Shown: one piece after another, positions 23,293-32,538 of the stretch
Layout of the letters: each line of letters opens with the position of its first letter
Numbering within the stretch: position 1 is the stretch's first letter
From: Nitrospira sp.
GTDB taxonomy: Bacteria; Nitrospirota; Nitrospiria; Nitrospirales; Nitrospiraceae
Length of the DNA stretch: 62,688 nt
Reading direction: 5' to 3'
NCBI GenBank assembly: GCA_031405355.1
Contig: JANNIV010000266.1
Location: forward strand, 1 to 62,688
Position numbers and translations under genes: made by a program
The notes under the pieces: model-generated
Databases searched by the model: none
Told to the model about the DNA's origin: nothing
The model's input: the letters and a program-made list of their open reading frames with translations, nothing else

Positions 23293-24444
23293 ATGATGGC
23301 GAGTGATCGTACGGCATACCGACTTGTGGCGATGGGCGATGTCATGCTGGATCGGCAGGTCGGAAAACATTTCAAAGAAAATCCCCAGGATTTTCAATTC
23401 GGCGAGCTTCAGACGGTTCTCCGAGACGACGATTTAATTTTTCTTAACCTCGAAAATCCCGTTGGAACAAAAGGCTCACCGAACGCAATTCAAGATCCTA
23501 ATGTTACGTTTCGTTGTCACCCTGAGAGCCTTCAAATACTCAAGAACCTGGGCACTGTGGTTGTGTCGCTGGGGAACAATCACATGCTTGACTATGGGGA
23601 AGGCACGCTCGCTGAAACATTGGCGCATTTGGATGCCGCAGGGATTAAACATGTGGGAGCAGGGCGGGATTATGAAGAAGCTAACCGCCCGCTGGTCATG
23701 GAGTTTAAAGGCAAGAAGATTGCTTTTCTGTCCCATGTTTTTATCTATTCTGCCAGCACGAGACGGGCAAGAAGCAATAGGGCCGGTGTTTCAGACTACC
23801 GGATAGGTAAGATCCTGTCGAAGGTTTCAGCGTTAAAGGGGGCCGGGTATCAGGTCATCGTTTCGCTGCATTGGGGCATTGAATATTGCTTCTATCCGCT
23901 GCCCTATCAAAGAGAACAGGCCAGAGCCATGATCGATCATGGGGCTTCACTGATTCTTGGACATGGGCCTCACTACCCTCAAGGGATCGAGAGATACAAG
24001 CACGGTGAGATCGTCTATAGCCTAGGCAACTTTATTTTCGATGAACCGCATCGATTCTCGAATCGGAGTTTCATTTATGGCGTTGAGATTACCGAAGCTG
24101 ATGATCTGGTAAACCGAATGGTGTGCCCAGTCCAACTCGTGCATCATGTTCCTTCTCTGATGAGGGGGAAAGAAGCGGAGCGATTTCAACGGTTTATTCT
24201 TCGCTTAGAAAATGTGTATAAGGGGAAGTCCGATCTGTTCTGGAAGCGGGTTAATAATATTTACTTTCAAGACATCATCAATCGTATTGTGCGAATGAGA
24301 TCCCTCAAATTTGTCTTCTTGCCACCGCTGTCGTTCTACCTTGGTGTCGGCATTCGGAATTATCTTGCGAAGGTGTCAGTCAAAAATATCGCTTCGACCC
24401 TGCAAATGATTTTCAAGCGTCATATATTTAGAACGGCCGGTTGA
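23293..24444 (+). CDS. CapA/PGA_cap-family metallophosphatase-like protein
   Basis: LVAMGDVMLDR...IFLNLENPV...VVSLGNNHMLDYG...HWGIEY...GHGPH motif series of the CapA (poly-gamma-glutamate capsule) family. Confidence 0.8.
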   Translation: MMASDRTAYRLVAMGDVMLDRQVGKHFKENPQDFQFGELQTVLRDDDLIFLNLENPVGTKGSPNAIQDPNVTFRCHPESLQILKNLGTVVVSLGNNHMLDYGEGTLAETLAHLDAAGIKHVGAGRDYEEANRPLVMEFKGKKIAFLSHVFIYSASTRRARSNRAGVSDYRIGKILSKVSALKGAGYQVIVSLHWGIEYCFYPLPYQREQARAMIDHGASLILGHGPHYPQGIERYKHGEIVYSLGNFIFDEPHRFSNRSFIYGVEITEADDLVNRMVCPVQLVHHVPSLMRGKEAERFQRFILRLENVYKGKSDLFWKRVNNIYFQDIINRIVRMRSLKFVFLPPLSFYLGVGIRNYLAKVSVKNIASTLQMIFKRHIFRTAG

Positions 24445-24506
24445 GCCGATGGTCTGTGGAACTGGTTGCCGATAGAAAGCCGATTATTTTGATTCAGTCA
24501 TCCGAT

Positions 24507-25886
24507 ATGGCCAAGAAGATTCTCCTCATCTCCTATCATTTTCCACCCAGTGCCGAAGTGGGCGGGCTGCGTGCTGCCAACTTTGTTCGGCAACTGCCGC
24601 GGTTTGGTTGGGAGCCTTTTGTCTTGACCTTGAAGGACGATTATCTGGAAAAGAAGGATGACGAGAAGCTGAAGTACGTCGGTTCAGTGAAGATTTCTAA
24701 GGCTGGACGGATGCCCACGCTTTCGCCAATCTATTTGGGACTCAAACGAATAGTCCTGCGTCTGTTCAGACCCTCGAATGCGACGGCAAGTATATCGGGA
24801 AGCGGTTCTCGGCCAGCCATGCCGCCCGGTCGCATGGCAGAGACCCTATCCCGGAAACTTCGGCGGTACATCCTGTCCTTTTTGTCGCTTCCGGACGAGC
24901 AGCGAAACTGGATGTGGCCCGCCGTGTTCCAAGCCGTTCGTCTAATTCGGCGAGAAAAGATCGATTGCATCCTGACCTCCAGTCCGCCCTATTCAGTTCA
25001 CCTGGTCGGATGGGTGCTGAAGTGCCTGACAGGCGTCCGGTGGATCGCCGACTATCGTGACCCATGGATGACGGGCGGTTCCAAGAGGATGTACGTCACC
25101 TGCGCGGCATCGTTGAAAATCGAGCGATGGCTGGAATGGAAGATGGTTCAGAAAGCTGATTTGGTTGTTGCGAATACCGAGATGTTATGTGAGGCCTTTA
25201 AAAAGGCTTACGGATCCAGGTTGACAGACCGGTTTATCTGTATCACGAATGGATTCGATGGGGAGTTTTTCTCGAGTTTCGGTCATGTGGAGAAAGATAA
25301 GGTGTTCACGATCATCTATACCGGAACGCTGTATTTCGGAAGGACACCAGAGCCGGTGTTCAAAGCCGTTCATGAGCTGATCGAAGAAGGCCGGATAGAT
25401 GCCCATGCGATCCGGATCAGGTTGGTCGGCCAATGTCAGTTCATCGACGGCCGGCCGATCGATGGAATGGTTCAGGAATATCGGCTCGGCGGGATTGTGG
25501 AGGTACTGGAGTCGGTGTCCTATAGCCGAGCGATCGAGATGGTTAAACAGAGCCATCTCGCTCTCCTGTTGGCGCCCAACCAACCCTATCAGATTCCAGC
25601 GAAGGCCTACGACTATATGGGAACCGGAACCACGATTCTTGCCATGGCCGAGGCAGGGGCGACACGCGATCTAGTTCATTCCACCAAGGCCGGCGCCGCC
25701 TTCAGCACTTCAGATACGGCTGGGATCAAGGAGTTCATTGTCAGGTCCTTGAATCCGGCCGGCGAATTCGCCCAGACCGGGAAGAACGGTGCGCTTGCTG
25801 AGTATGAGATTCAGTCCATTGCCCGCTGTCTTGCGCAACAGCTCGATCGTCTCAGCGGTTTAGAGGCCGAGAGTCATGCAGCTTAA
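24507..25886 (+). CDS. Glycosyltransferase, GT-B fold (GT4-like)
   Basis: MAKKILLISYHFPPSAEVGG N-terminus. The C-terminal half shows the Rossmann-like pattern. Confidence 0.75.
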   Translation: MAKKILLISYHFPPSAEVGGLRAANFVRQLPRFGWEPFVLTLKDDYLEKKDDEKLKYVGSVKISKAGRMPTLSPIYLGLKRIVLRLFRPSNATASISGSGSRPAMPPGRMAETLSRKLRRYILSFLSLPDEQRNWMWPAVFQAVRLIRREKIDCILTSSPPYSVHLVGWVLKCLTGVRWIADYRDPWMTGGSKRMYVTCAASLKIERWLEWKMVQKADLVVANTEMLCEAFKKAYGSRLTDRFICITNGFDGEFFSSFGHVEKDKVFTIIYTGTLYFGRTPEPVFKAVHELIEEGRIDAHAIRIRLVGQCQFIDGRPIDGMVQEYRLGGIVEVLESVSYSRAIEMVKQSHLALLLAPNQPYQIPAKAYDYMGTGTTILAMAEAGATRDLVHSTKAGAAFSTSDTAGIKEFIVRSLNPAGEFAQTGKNGALAEYEIQSIARCLAQQLDRLSGLEAESHAA

Positions 25887-26901
25887 AGTTGATAGATCGC
25901 CCGGGGCGGAATGGGTTCAATTGATCGAGCGATTCGATGGGAACATTTACCACAGCCAGGAATGGGCCGAGACCTGGCGATCGGACTATGCCGAGCCTCT
26001 GTATTTCCGCGGGCTGGACGAGCAAGGCCGCTGTATTGGGATCGCGTTGGCAAACGAACGACACTCGTCCAGGCCGGTCATTGGGCGTTTTCTCAGACGC
26101 CTCGACTTTGAAACTTTTCCGGCCGTTCAGGCAAACGATCCAGACTTGGCTCGTGCGATGATGGATCGGATAGTCGAGTTCGCAAGGGCAGGGGGATATC
26201 GCGGTCTCACGCTGCAGTCCCATTATTCCGGTGTGCCGCTCTCAAATCTGGACCATCTTGGGCTTGTTGCCACGCCGAGGATTGAATTTATTGTGGATCT
26301 CACGAGTTCCGACGAAGAACGATGGAAGCAGCTCTCGACTCATCATCAGCGGAAGATCAAGAAGGCGGGCAAGCACGGATTGGTGTTCGAGGAGGCCTGT
26401 TCGGTCGAGGCCATGCAGGAGTTACGGCGACTACAGATCGGTTCGCGCGATCGGAGGGTAGAGCGCGGAGAGTATTTTGGTCTTCAAGGCGAAGCCTATT
26501 ATGAACAGATGGGCCGGCGATACTTCGAGAGAAATCTCGGACGTCTATTTTTGATGCGCTACGAAGGTCGGCCTGTTTCGGCCGCGTTCATCTCGATGTA
26601 CTCTGGCCGGGCCTTATACGTGCTCGGTGGCAGCGAGTCGAAGGGATTCGAACTGGACGCGCCGGCATTGCTGTTTTGGAAGGTGCTCAGCCGTTGCGTG
26701 GAACTTGGATGCAGGGAGTTCAATTTCGGAGGTGTCCCAGCTTCGGCCCAGGATTCACAATCGCTCGCGCACGGACTATACCGATTCAAGGACGGTTTCG
26801 GGGGACGCCAAGCTGCAAGGGTGAGTGGGACAGCGGAAAATCTCCAATCGGGCCTCACCGCGCTAGCCGGTACTGTGAAACGTTTACGGCTTTCTGCATG
26901 A
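25876..26901 (+). CDS. FemAB-like / GNAT-fold aminoacyl (peptidyl) transferase, exosortase-locus type
   Basis: 341 aa. Has SQEWAETW..., HHQRKIKKAGKHGL, LFLMRYEGRPVSAAFISMYSGRALYVLGGS and FNFGG blocks typical of FemAB/FemX-like proteins. Confidence 0.7.
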   Translation: MQLKVDRSPGAEWVQLIERFDGNIYHSQEWAETWRSDYAEPLYFRGLDEQGRCIGIALANERHSSRPVIGRFLRRLDFETFPAVQANDPDLARAMMDRIVEFARAGGYRGLTLQSHYSGVPLSNLDHLGLVATPRIEFIVDLTSSDEERWKQLSTHHQRKIKKAGKHGLVFEEACSVEAMQELRRLQIGSRDRRVERGEYFGLQGEAYYEQMGRRYFERNLGRLFLMRYEGRPVSAAFISMYSGRALYVLGGSESKGFELDAPALLFWKVLSRCVELGCREFNFGGVPASAQDSQSLAHGLYRFKDGFGGRQAARVSGTAENLQSGLTALAGTVKRLRLSA

Positions 26902-27056
26902 ACGGATTTACACGAAGCCAGACGTTTCCCTGACAGCGAATCACACACACATACCTGGCGCAATTTCAATCATCGCAGTTCGTGCCGTCTCCTAACTGTG
27001 CCCACACATCTGATCGCGCGGCGCTAAAAACAGCTTGGTGCGCGACTAAGGGGAAA

Positions 27057-28283
27057 ATGGATGTATTAGTAACAGGAGCAGATCAGCGACAAGGCCTCGC
27101 GGTCATTCGCTCTCTCGGTCGGCGCGGCCTCTCAGTTGTGGCGGCCGGACCGGCTATGGACAGCCTGGGATTTTGTTCCCGGTATGCGGCAGCCCGGTGG
27201 GTCTATCCCTCGCCGTTTGAGCAGCCGGAAGCGTTCGTGGACTCGATCTGCGAGGCGGCTAAGCGGTTTCGTGTTCGCCTCGTGATTCCGGTCGTCGAGT
27301 CCACAGTTGCGGTTCTCAACGAACATCGGGACGTGATCGAGGCGATCGCGCCGCTTGCTATGGCCTCCCGCGAGGCGGTGGCGCTGGCCCTCGACAAACG
27401 AGGTCAGTATCTGCTGGCCCAGCAGCATGAGATTCCGATTCCCAAAACGATGGCTCCACGCTCAATGCAGGAAGTAGATGCGCGCATTGGGGGGCTTCAC
27501 TTTCCAGTCGTCGTTAAACCGAATCAGAAACCGCTTGGCACATCAGGATCATCCTATGACTTCAAGGTCACGTTCGCGAACGACGAGGACTCGCTACGGA
27601 AGCTCCTCGGCATCTACTTTCGGCATTCGGTCGTGCCGATTGTGCAGGAGTTCTGTGTGGGGCATGGGATAGGGTTCGGCGTGCTCATGCATGGCGGCCA
27701 GCCGCTGGCCTGCTATCAGTATCACCGCGGTCGGGAGCTTATGCCGACTGGGGGGGTGCCGGTGCGGTACGAAAGCATGCCGATCTGGCCGAAGGTGCAG
27801 GAGTACTCGATCCGCTTTCTGCAAGCCATGGGATGGGAAGGCGTTGCACAGGTCGAGTGGAAGGCTGTGCCGGGCACCCAGGATGTTGTCTTGATGGAGG
27901 TCAACGGCCGTTTCTGGGCCTCCCTGCCCGGTTCACTGCACGCGGGGATGGACTTTCCATTTTGGCTGTATGAAAGCCGACTGGGGAGGCCCGTTCAGCA
28001 CAATCAGGCCTATCGCCTCAAGATTGCCAGCCAGTATCTGCATGCCGATCTCAAGCGGCTCGAACTGGTGCTCCGCGACGATTTTCCTATCAGCAGCGTG
28101 CCATTGCCGCCGAGGTGGAGAGAGTGTGTCGATTTCCTGCTCGATGGTCTTCGCTGGCGGGTGAAAGGGGACATTTGGTCCTGGGACGATTGGTCTCCGG
28201 GTCTTCAGGAAGCTCGAAAGATCTTCATGTATTTCTGGAATCGCGCAAATAAGAGGGCGGTCGGGCCAAAGGCAGAAGGGTAA
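27057..28283 (+). CDS. ATP-grasp ligase (third paralog)
   Basis: MDVLVTGADQRQGLAVIRSLGRRG, FPVVVKP, VQEF, EWK......LMEVNGRFW. AAGGGGA RBS. Confidence 0.8.
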   Translation: MDVLVTGADQRQGLAVIRSLGRRGLSVVAAGPAMDSLGFCSRYAAARWVYPSPFEQPEAFVDSICEAAKRFRVRLVIPVVESTVAVLNEHRDVIEAIAPLAMASREAVALALDKRGQYLLAQQHEIPIPKTMAPRSMQEVDARIGGLHFPVVVKPNQKPLGTSGSSYDFKVTFANDEDSLRKLLGIYFRHSVVPIVQEFCVGHGIGFGVLMHGGQPLACYQYHRGRELMPTGGVPVRYESMPIWPKVQEYSIRFLQAMGWEGVAQVEWKAVPGTQDVVLMEVNGRFWASLPGSLHAGMDFPFWLYESRLGRPVQHNQAYRLKIASQYLHADLKRLELVLRDDFPISSVPLPPRWRECVDFLLDGLRWRVKGDIWSWDDWSPGLQEARKIFMYFWNRANKRAVGPKAEG

Positions 28284-28293
28284 GGTTCATAAA

Positions 28294-29697
28294 ATGTACG
28301 CACAGTTTGTCAAACATGTCAGCTTGCCCTTGTATCACTGGTGGCATGGGTCTGACTTGATGAGGAACATTCGGACCTTCGAGGATTCTCAATGGTTTCC
28401 TGAGGAGCGTCTGAGGGCCATGCAATGGGAGCGACTGAGCCGACTTCTGGAACATGCATACCTGCACGTCCCGTACTACCAGGAAAAATTCAAAGAGATC
28501 GGAGCCGAGCCGCAGGACTTCCGCTCATTGGAAGACTTCGCCAAATTTCCAATCATCACAAAGCGAATGCTTCAGGAGAGAGTTGCAGACCTCATCGCCA
28601 CGAATGTCCCGTCCGGCGAACTGGTCAAGGGAGTCACGAGCGGCTCTTCAGGTCTACCAACCGTCCACTATCGAGACCGTGCGTGCAACCGGATCAGGAC
28701 CGCTGCAGGAAAGCGACTGAACCGGGTAGCCGGTTATGACTTCGGTCTGAAGCTTTTCTCATTCTGGCGCGAGAGCCCGTTTGTCTTTGACGGGATTCAG
28801 GCCAAGCCGGCAACAGGTCCGCAAGAAGAACTTTCTCCTGGCCTGGCAAGATTTAAGCGGACGATGCACGATCGTTTCGGCGTAGAAAACCAAGTCTTGA
28901 GGATCGATCCTACCTTGCTGAGTGAAACGGAGCTGGCCCGAATGTATAACCAGCTCAAAGCGTTCAAGCCGGACATCATTATCTCCTATGTCAGCGCGCT
29001 CTACATACTGGCTCAATATCTGGAAGCCAATTCCCTCAAGGGAATCACACCCCGTTCCGTGATCGTGTCCTCGGAGGCACTCTATCCCCATCAACGCGTG
29101 ACAATGGAGCGAGCCTTCGGATGCCCGGTTTACAATCGCTATGGCCTCAGCGAGACGGGGATTGTCGCCATTGAGTGCCCTGCGCATGAGGGGCTTCATC
29201 TTAATCAGGAGATTCTCCACATGGAGCATGTCCCGGACGGATTCGGCACTACTCAATTGGTCGTGACGGATTTGATCAACAGAGGCATGCCGTTACTTCG
29301 GTATGAGACCGGGGATACGGGTCGACTGATTCAGGAGCGCTGCCTATGTGGCCGAGGACTCAGCCGTATCGGTCACCTCAGCGGACGGGTGATCGATATG
29401 CTTCCGACAAGGTTGGGCGGCCACGTGAATGGCCAGCTGTTTGCGACATTTCATTGGATCGAAGGGGTGAAGCAGTATCAGGTCGTTCAGGAGAAGATCA
29501 ACGCCTTTAAGCTTCGGATCGTTCCTACTTCTTCTTTCACGGAGAGCAACCTTGCTCCGATGATCGAGACTATCAGGGAAAGGTTCGGGCGAGATACATC
29601 GATTGGGCTCGACTACGTTGAAAACATTCCCTTCACCCGAGGAGGGAAATACAAGCTTGTCGTTTCCGAAGTCAAGATGCAGGAGGTGTCACGATGA
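28294..29697 (+). CDS. Adenylate-forming enzyme, CapK / phenylacetate-CoA-ligase (F390 synthetase) family
   Basis: 467 aa. VTSGSSGLPT is the AMP-binding P-loop. Also YNRYGLSETG and LRYETGD. Confidence 0.8.
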   Translation: MYAQFVKHVSLPLYHWWHGSDLMRNIRTFEDSQWFPEERLRAMQWERLSRLLEHAYLHVPYYQEKFKEIGAEPQDFRSLEDFAKFPIITKRMLQERVADLIATNVPSGELVKGVTSGSSGLPTVHYRDRACNRIRTAAGKRLNRVAGYDFGLKLFSFWRESPFVFDGIQAKPATGPQEELSPGLARFKRTMHDRFGVENQVLRIDPTLLSETELARMYNQLKAFKPDIIISYVSALYILAQYLEANSLKGITPRSVIVSSEALYPHQRVTMERAFGCPVYNRYGLSETGIVAIECPAHEGLHLNQEILHMEHVPDGFGTTQLVVTDLINRGMPLLRYETGDTGRLIQERCLCGRGLSRIGHLSGRVIDMLPTRLGGHVNGQLFATFHWIEGVKQYQVVQEKINAFKLRIVPTSSFTESNLAPMIETIRERFGRDTSIGLDYVENIPFTRGGKYKLVVSEVKMQEVSR

Positions 29698-30902
29698 TTA
29701 CGGCTATCGCGCAACGAGCAAAGTATTACTCCTCCTTCATCGATCACGAATTTATCAAAATCTATCTTGCCGGATCGCGTTCTGAAAAGCACGATCCTAT
29801 GAAGCATATCGAGGCCGGTGTCGAGTGGATTTGCCATGCGCAGGATGCATTCAATGGTGGAGGCGTGGCCCGCAGCTATGCACTCATTTATCATCCGTTT
29901 TTTAAACGGAGAGGCTGGTTTGCTCCATATCCCGAAACCACGGGGTATATCATTCCCACGCTCTTCGATTATGCCCGACTGGTCAATCGGCAGGAGTTTG
30001 CCGATCGGGCCGTCCGGATGGCCGACTGGGAATGCCGGGTTCAATTGGACAACGGGGCGGTGCAGGGCGGCATGATTGATCAGCCGCCCTCTCCCGCGAT
30101 CTTCAACACCGGCCAGGTAATTTTCGGGTGGATTCGGGCGTTCCAGGAGACCGCGCAATCGACCTATCTGGTATCTGCGGTCAAGGCGGGAAAGTTCCTG
30201 GTTTCCCAGCAGGATCCGGACGGCGCTTGGAGAAAATCGCTCTCCGACTTCACCATGAACTCTCGAATGAGCTCCTATACGTACAATACGAGGACTGCAT
30301 GGGGTCTGATGGAGCTGGCGCTTGTAACGGGTGACGAAGAGTTTGAAGAAGCGGCGATTCGAAACGTTGAGTTTGCGTTGGGGCAGCAGCTTGAGAACGG
30401 CTGGTTCAGGTCAAACTGTCTGAATGATCCGGCACAGCCGTTGCTTCATACGATCGCGTACTGCATCAGGGGCATCATGGAAATCGGTGCGCTCATGAAG
30501 AACCAAGAGTACCTTGCGAGGGCTCGGAGGGCTGCCGATGCCGTGCTGGCAAGGCAACGGCCGGACGGCAGCCTGGCCGGCCGGTTCGATGAGCAATGGG
30601 AGCCTGCTGTTGCCTGGCGGTGCCTGACAGGAGAGGCCCAGATGGCAGGCATCTGGGGGCGGTTGTACCAGTTAACCGGTCAACCGGAATATCTCGAGGG
30701 GATGAGACGAACCAACGCCGCGCTTAGAACAATTCAGTTTTTGCATACCGATCATCCGGGCCTGTATGGAGGCATCAGCGGGTCTCACCCGATCCAGGGT
30801 GGGTACGGGCGATTCGAAATCCTCAATTGGGCCGTCAAGTTTTTCTTGGATGCGCAGATGCTTGAACGGTCGTTGGCCGCTAGCGGTGATCATGGCGCTT
30901 GA
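29694..30902 (+). CDS. (alpha/alpha)-toroid protein of unknown function (terpene-cyclase/prenyltransferase-like or glycoside-hydrolase-like fold)
   Basis: 402 aa. Shows repeated helix-pair pattern with QxxDGxW-like motifs (QQDPDGAWRK, QQLENGWF, RQRPDGSL). ATGA overlap with the CapK-like gene. Confidence 0.5.
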   Translation: MITAIAQRAKYYSSFIDHEFIKIYLAGSRSEKHDPMKHIEAGVEWICHAQDAFNGGGVARSYALIYHPFFKRRGWFAPYPETTGYIIPTLFDYARLVNRQEFADRAVRMADWECRVQLDNGAVQGGMIDQPPSPAIFNTGQVIFGWIRAFQETAQSTYLVSAVKAGKFLVSQQDPDGAWRKSLSDFTMNSRMSSYTYNTRTAWGLMELALVTGDEEFEEAAIRNVEFALGQQLENGWFRSNCLNDPAQPLLHTIAYCIRGIMEIGALMKNQEYLARARRAADAVLARQRPDGSLAGRFDEQWEPAVAWRCLTGEAQMAGIWGRLYQLTGQPEYLEGMRRTNAALRTIQFLHTDHPGLYGGISGSHPIQGGYGRFEILNWAVKFFLDAQMLERSLAASGDHGA

Positions 30903-32406
30903 AGAAAGCACATTTCGAACCAAGGTTTTCAGAGGATTCCTCTGGCTCAGCGCCGGTACGTTCATCGCCCAATTCATTTCTTGGATTTCGACGATTTTCC
31001 TCATTCGGCTGCTGTCGCCTGCCGATTATGGCCTGATGGCCATGACGGCCGGTTTTGTCGCGTTGCTGACGAGTATCAGTGAACTCGGGATCGGCGCGGC
31101 CCTCATTCAGGCGAAAGAGTTGTCGGAGCGGGAGATCCGGCAGATCTTTACTTGGGTGTTGATCACCGGCCTGATCGGGGTGACTGTCTCGTATGCCTCG
31201 GCGCCGTGGGTGGCCGGATTCTACGACACGCCGGAACTGGCCACGATGATCCGAGTCCTATCTTGTAACATGTTCCTGGCGATGGCCTATGTGGTTCCGC
31301 AGGCCCTGTTCGTTAGGGAGATGAATTTCAAGATTAAGGCCCAGATTGAAGTGTTTGCCAATTCTGCCGCCACCCTACTGACGCTGGATCTTGCTCTGAA
31401 TGGACTAGGTGTATGGTCGTTGATTGTCGGGCAGATGGCGCTGTTCGGAATCAAGGCGCTTGCGTTCAATGTTGCGCGCCCCCGTTGGATCGCACCGCTG
31501 TTTGACCTTCGGGGATCAGGGAGGCTTCTGCGGTACGGTCTGAATGAGACTGGTTCACGGCTACTCTATTATGTGTATACCCAGTCGGACCATATCATCG
31601 TAGGAAAGTTCCTGGGAGGTGTGGTGTTGGGGGGCTACGCTGTGGCTCAATCGTTGGCCGTAATTCCAATGGAGAAGGTGCTGCCGATTATTTCTCAAAT
31701 ATCGTTTGCATCCTATGCCAGGATCCAGGATGACAGGGAACAGATCAGAACAAACATTCTCAGGACCGTCCGTACCATTGCGTTTGCCGGTGTCCCGATT
31801 TTTCTAGGTATGGCGGCTGTGGCGCCGCTGGGTCTTCCGCCGATCCTGGGTCCGAAGTGGGAATCGTTCATTGTTCCCTTCCAGCTGCTTTGCCTGACTC
31901 TTCCGCTCAGGGCCTTGAGTCCGATTCTTTCTCCGGCTGTCTTCGCGATCAATCGTCCCACGGTCAATCTGATCAATATGCTGATCGCCGCAGTCGCAAT
32001 GGGGTCGGCATTTCTCGTCGGGGTTCAGTACGGTGTCATTGGCGTGTGCATAGCCTGGCTGGGGGCCTATCCGGTCGTGTTTGGGATCACGACAATTATA
32101 AACCTTCAGGTGCTTGGCATTCCGGTCCGCGACTACCTAGGCGAAATTCGTTTCCCGTTTTTCGCCGGCGCCATCATGCTCGTTTCACTCTGGCTATTCG
32201 GAAAGATGGTCGTTACTCCGTGGCCGCTCTATTCCCTGGTTCTACAGACCCTGTTGGGGGCCGTGGTGTATCTCTCCCTGACGATGATTTTCGACAGGGA
32301 GCATTTTGCCGAGATCCGACAGCATCTGCGTCGACTCACGGCCCGTCGCACTCATTCGAACGTATCGATCTGGCCGTCAAGTTCCTCCTCGATACGAAGA
32401 GAGTAG
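30892..32406 (+). CDS. Wzx-type polysaccharide flippase (MOP superfamily), copy 1
   Basis: About 12-14 TM segments. N-terminus FRGFLWLSAGTFIAQFISWISTIFLIRLLSPADYGLMAM is typical of polysaccharide biosynthesis (PST) flippases. Confidence 0.8.
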   Translation: MALEESTFRTKVFRGFLWLSAGTFIAQFISWISTIFLIRLLSPADYGLMAMTAGFVALLTSISELGIGAALIQAKELSEREIRQIFTWVLITGLIGVTVSYASAPWVAGFYDTPELATMIRVLSCNMFLAMAYVVPQALFVREMNFKIKAQIEVFANSAATLLTLDLALNGLGVWSLIVGQMALFGIKALAFNVARPRWIAPLFDLRGSGRLLRYGLNETGSRLLYYVYTQSDHIIVGKFLGGVVLGGYAVAQSLAVIPMEKVLPIISQISFASYARIQDDREQIRTNILRTVRTIAFAGVPIFLGMAAVAPLGLPPILGPKWESFIVPFQLLCLTLPLRALSPILSPAVFAINRPTVNLINMLIAAVAMGSAFLVGVQYGVIGVCIAWLGAYPVVFGITTIINLQVLGIPVRDYLGEIRFPFFAGAIMLVSLWLFGKMVVTPWPLYSLVLQTLLGAVVYLSLTMIFDREHFAEIRQHLRRLTARRTHSNVSIWPSSSSSIRRE

Positions 32407-32471
32407 AACGATCGTTTATCGTAGCCGCCCGGCATCAGTCCGCGTTGGCGGTATTTTTCCGAGGATCAGCG

Positions 32472-32506
32472 GCTCCCAGCTGTACGCCGGTGAGGAGCTT
32501 TTTTTT
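32472..32506 (+). terminator. Rho-independent terminator candidate between the two flippase genes
   Basis: GCTCC (32472-76) ... GGAGC (32494-98) stem followed by eight T (32499-32506). The stem is short and the loop long. Confidence 0.4.
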
Positions 32507-32538
32507 ACGCGTACCGGCTGTTTGTATCGGTGGGTCTC

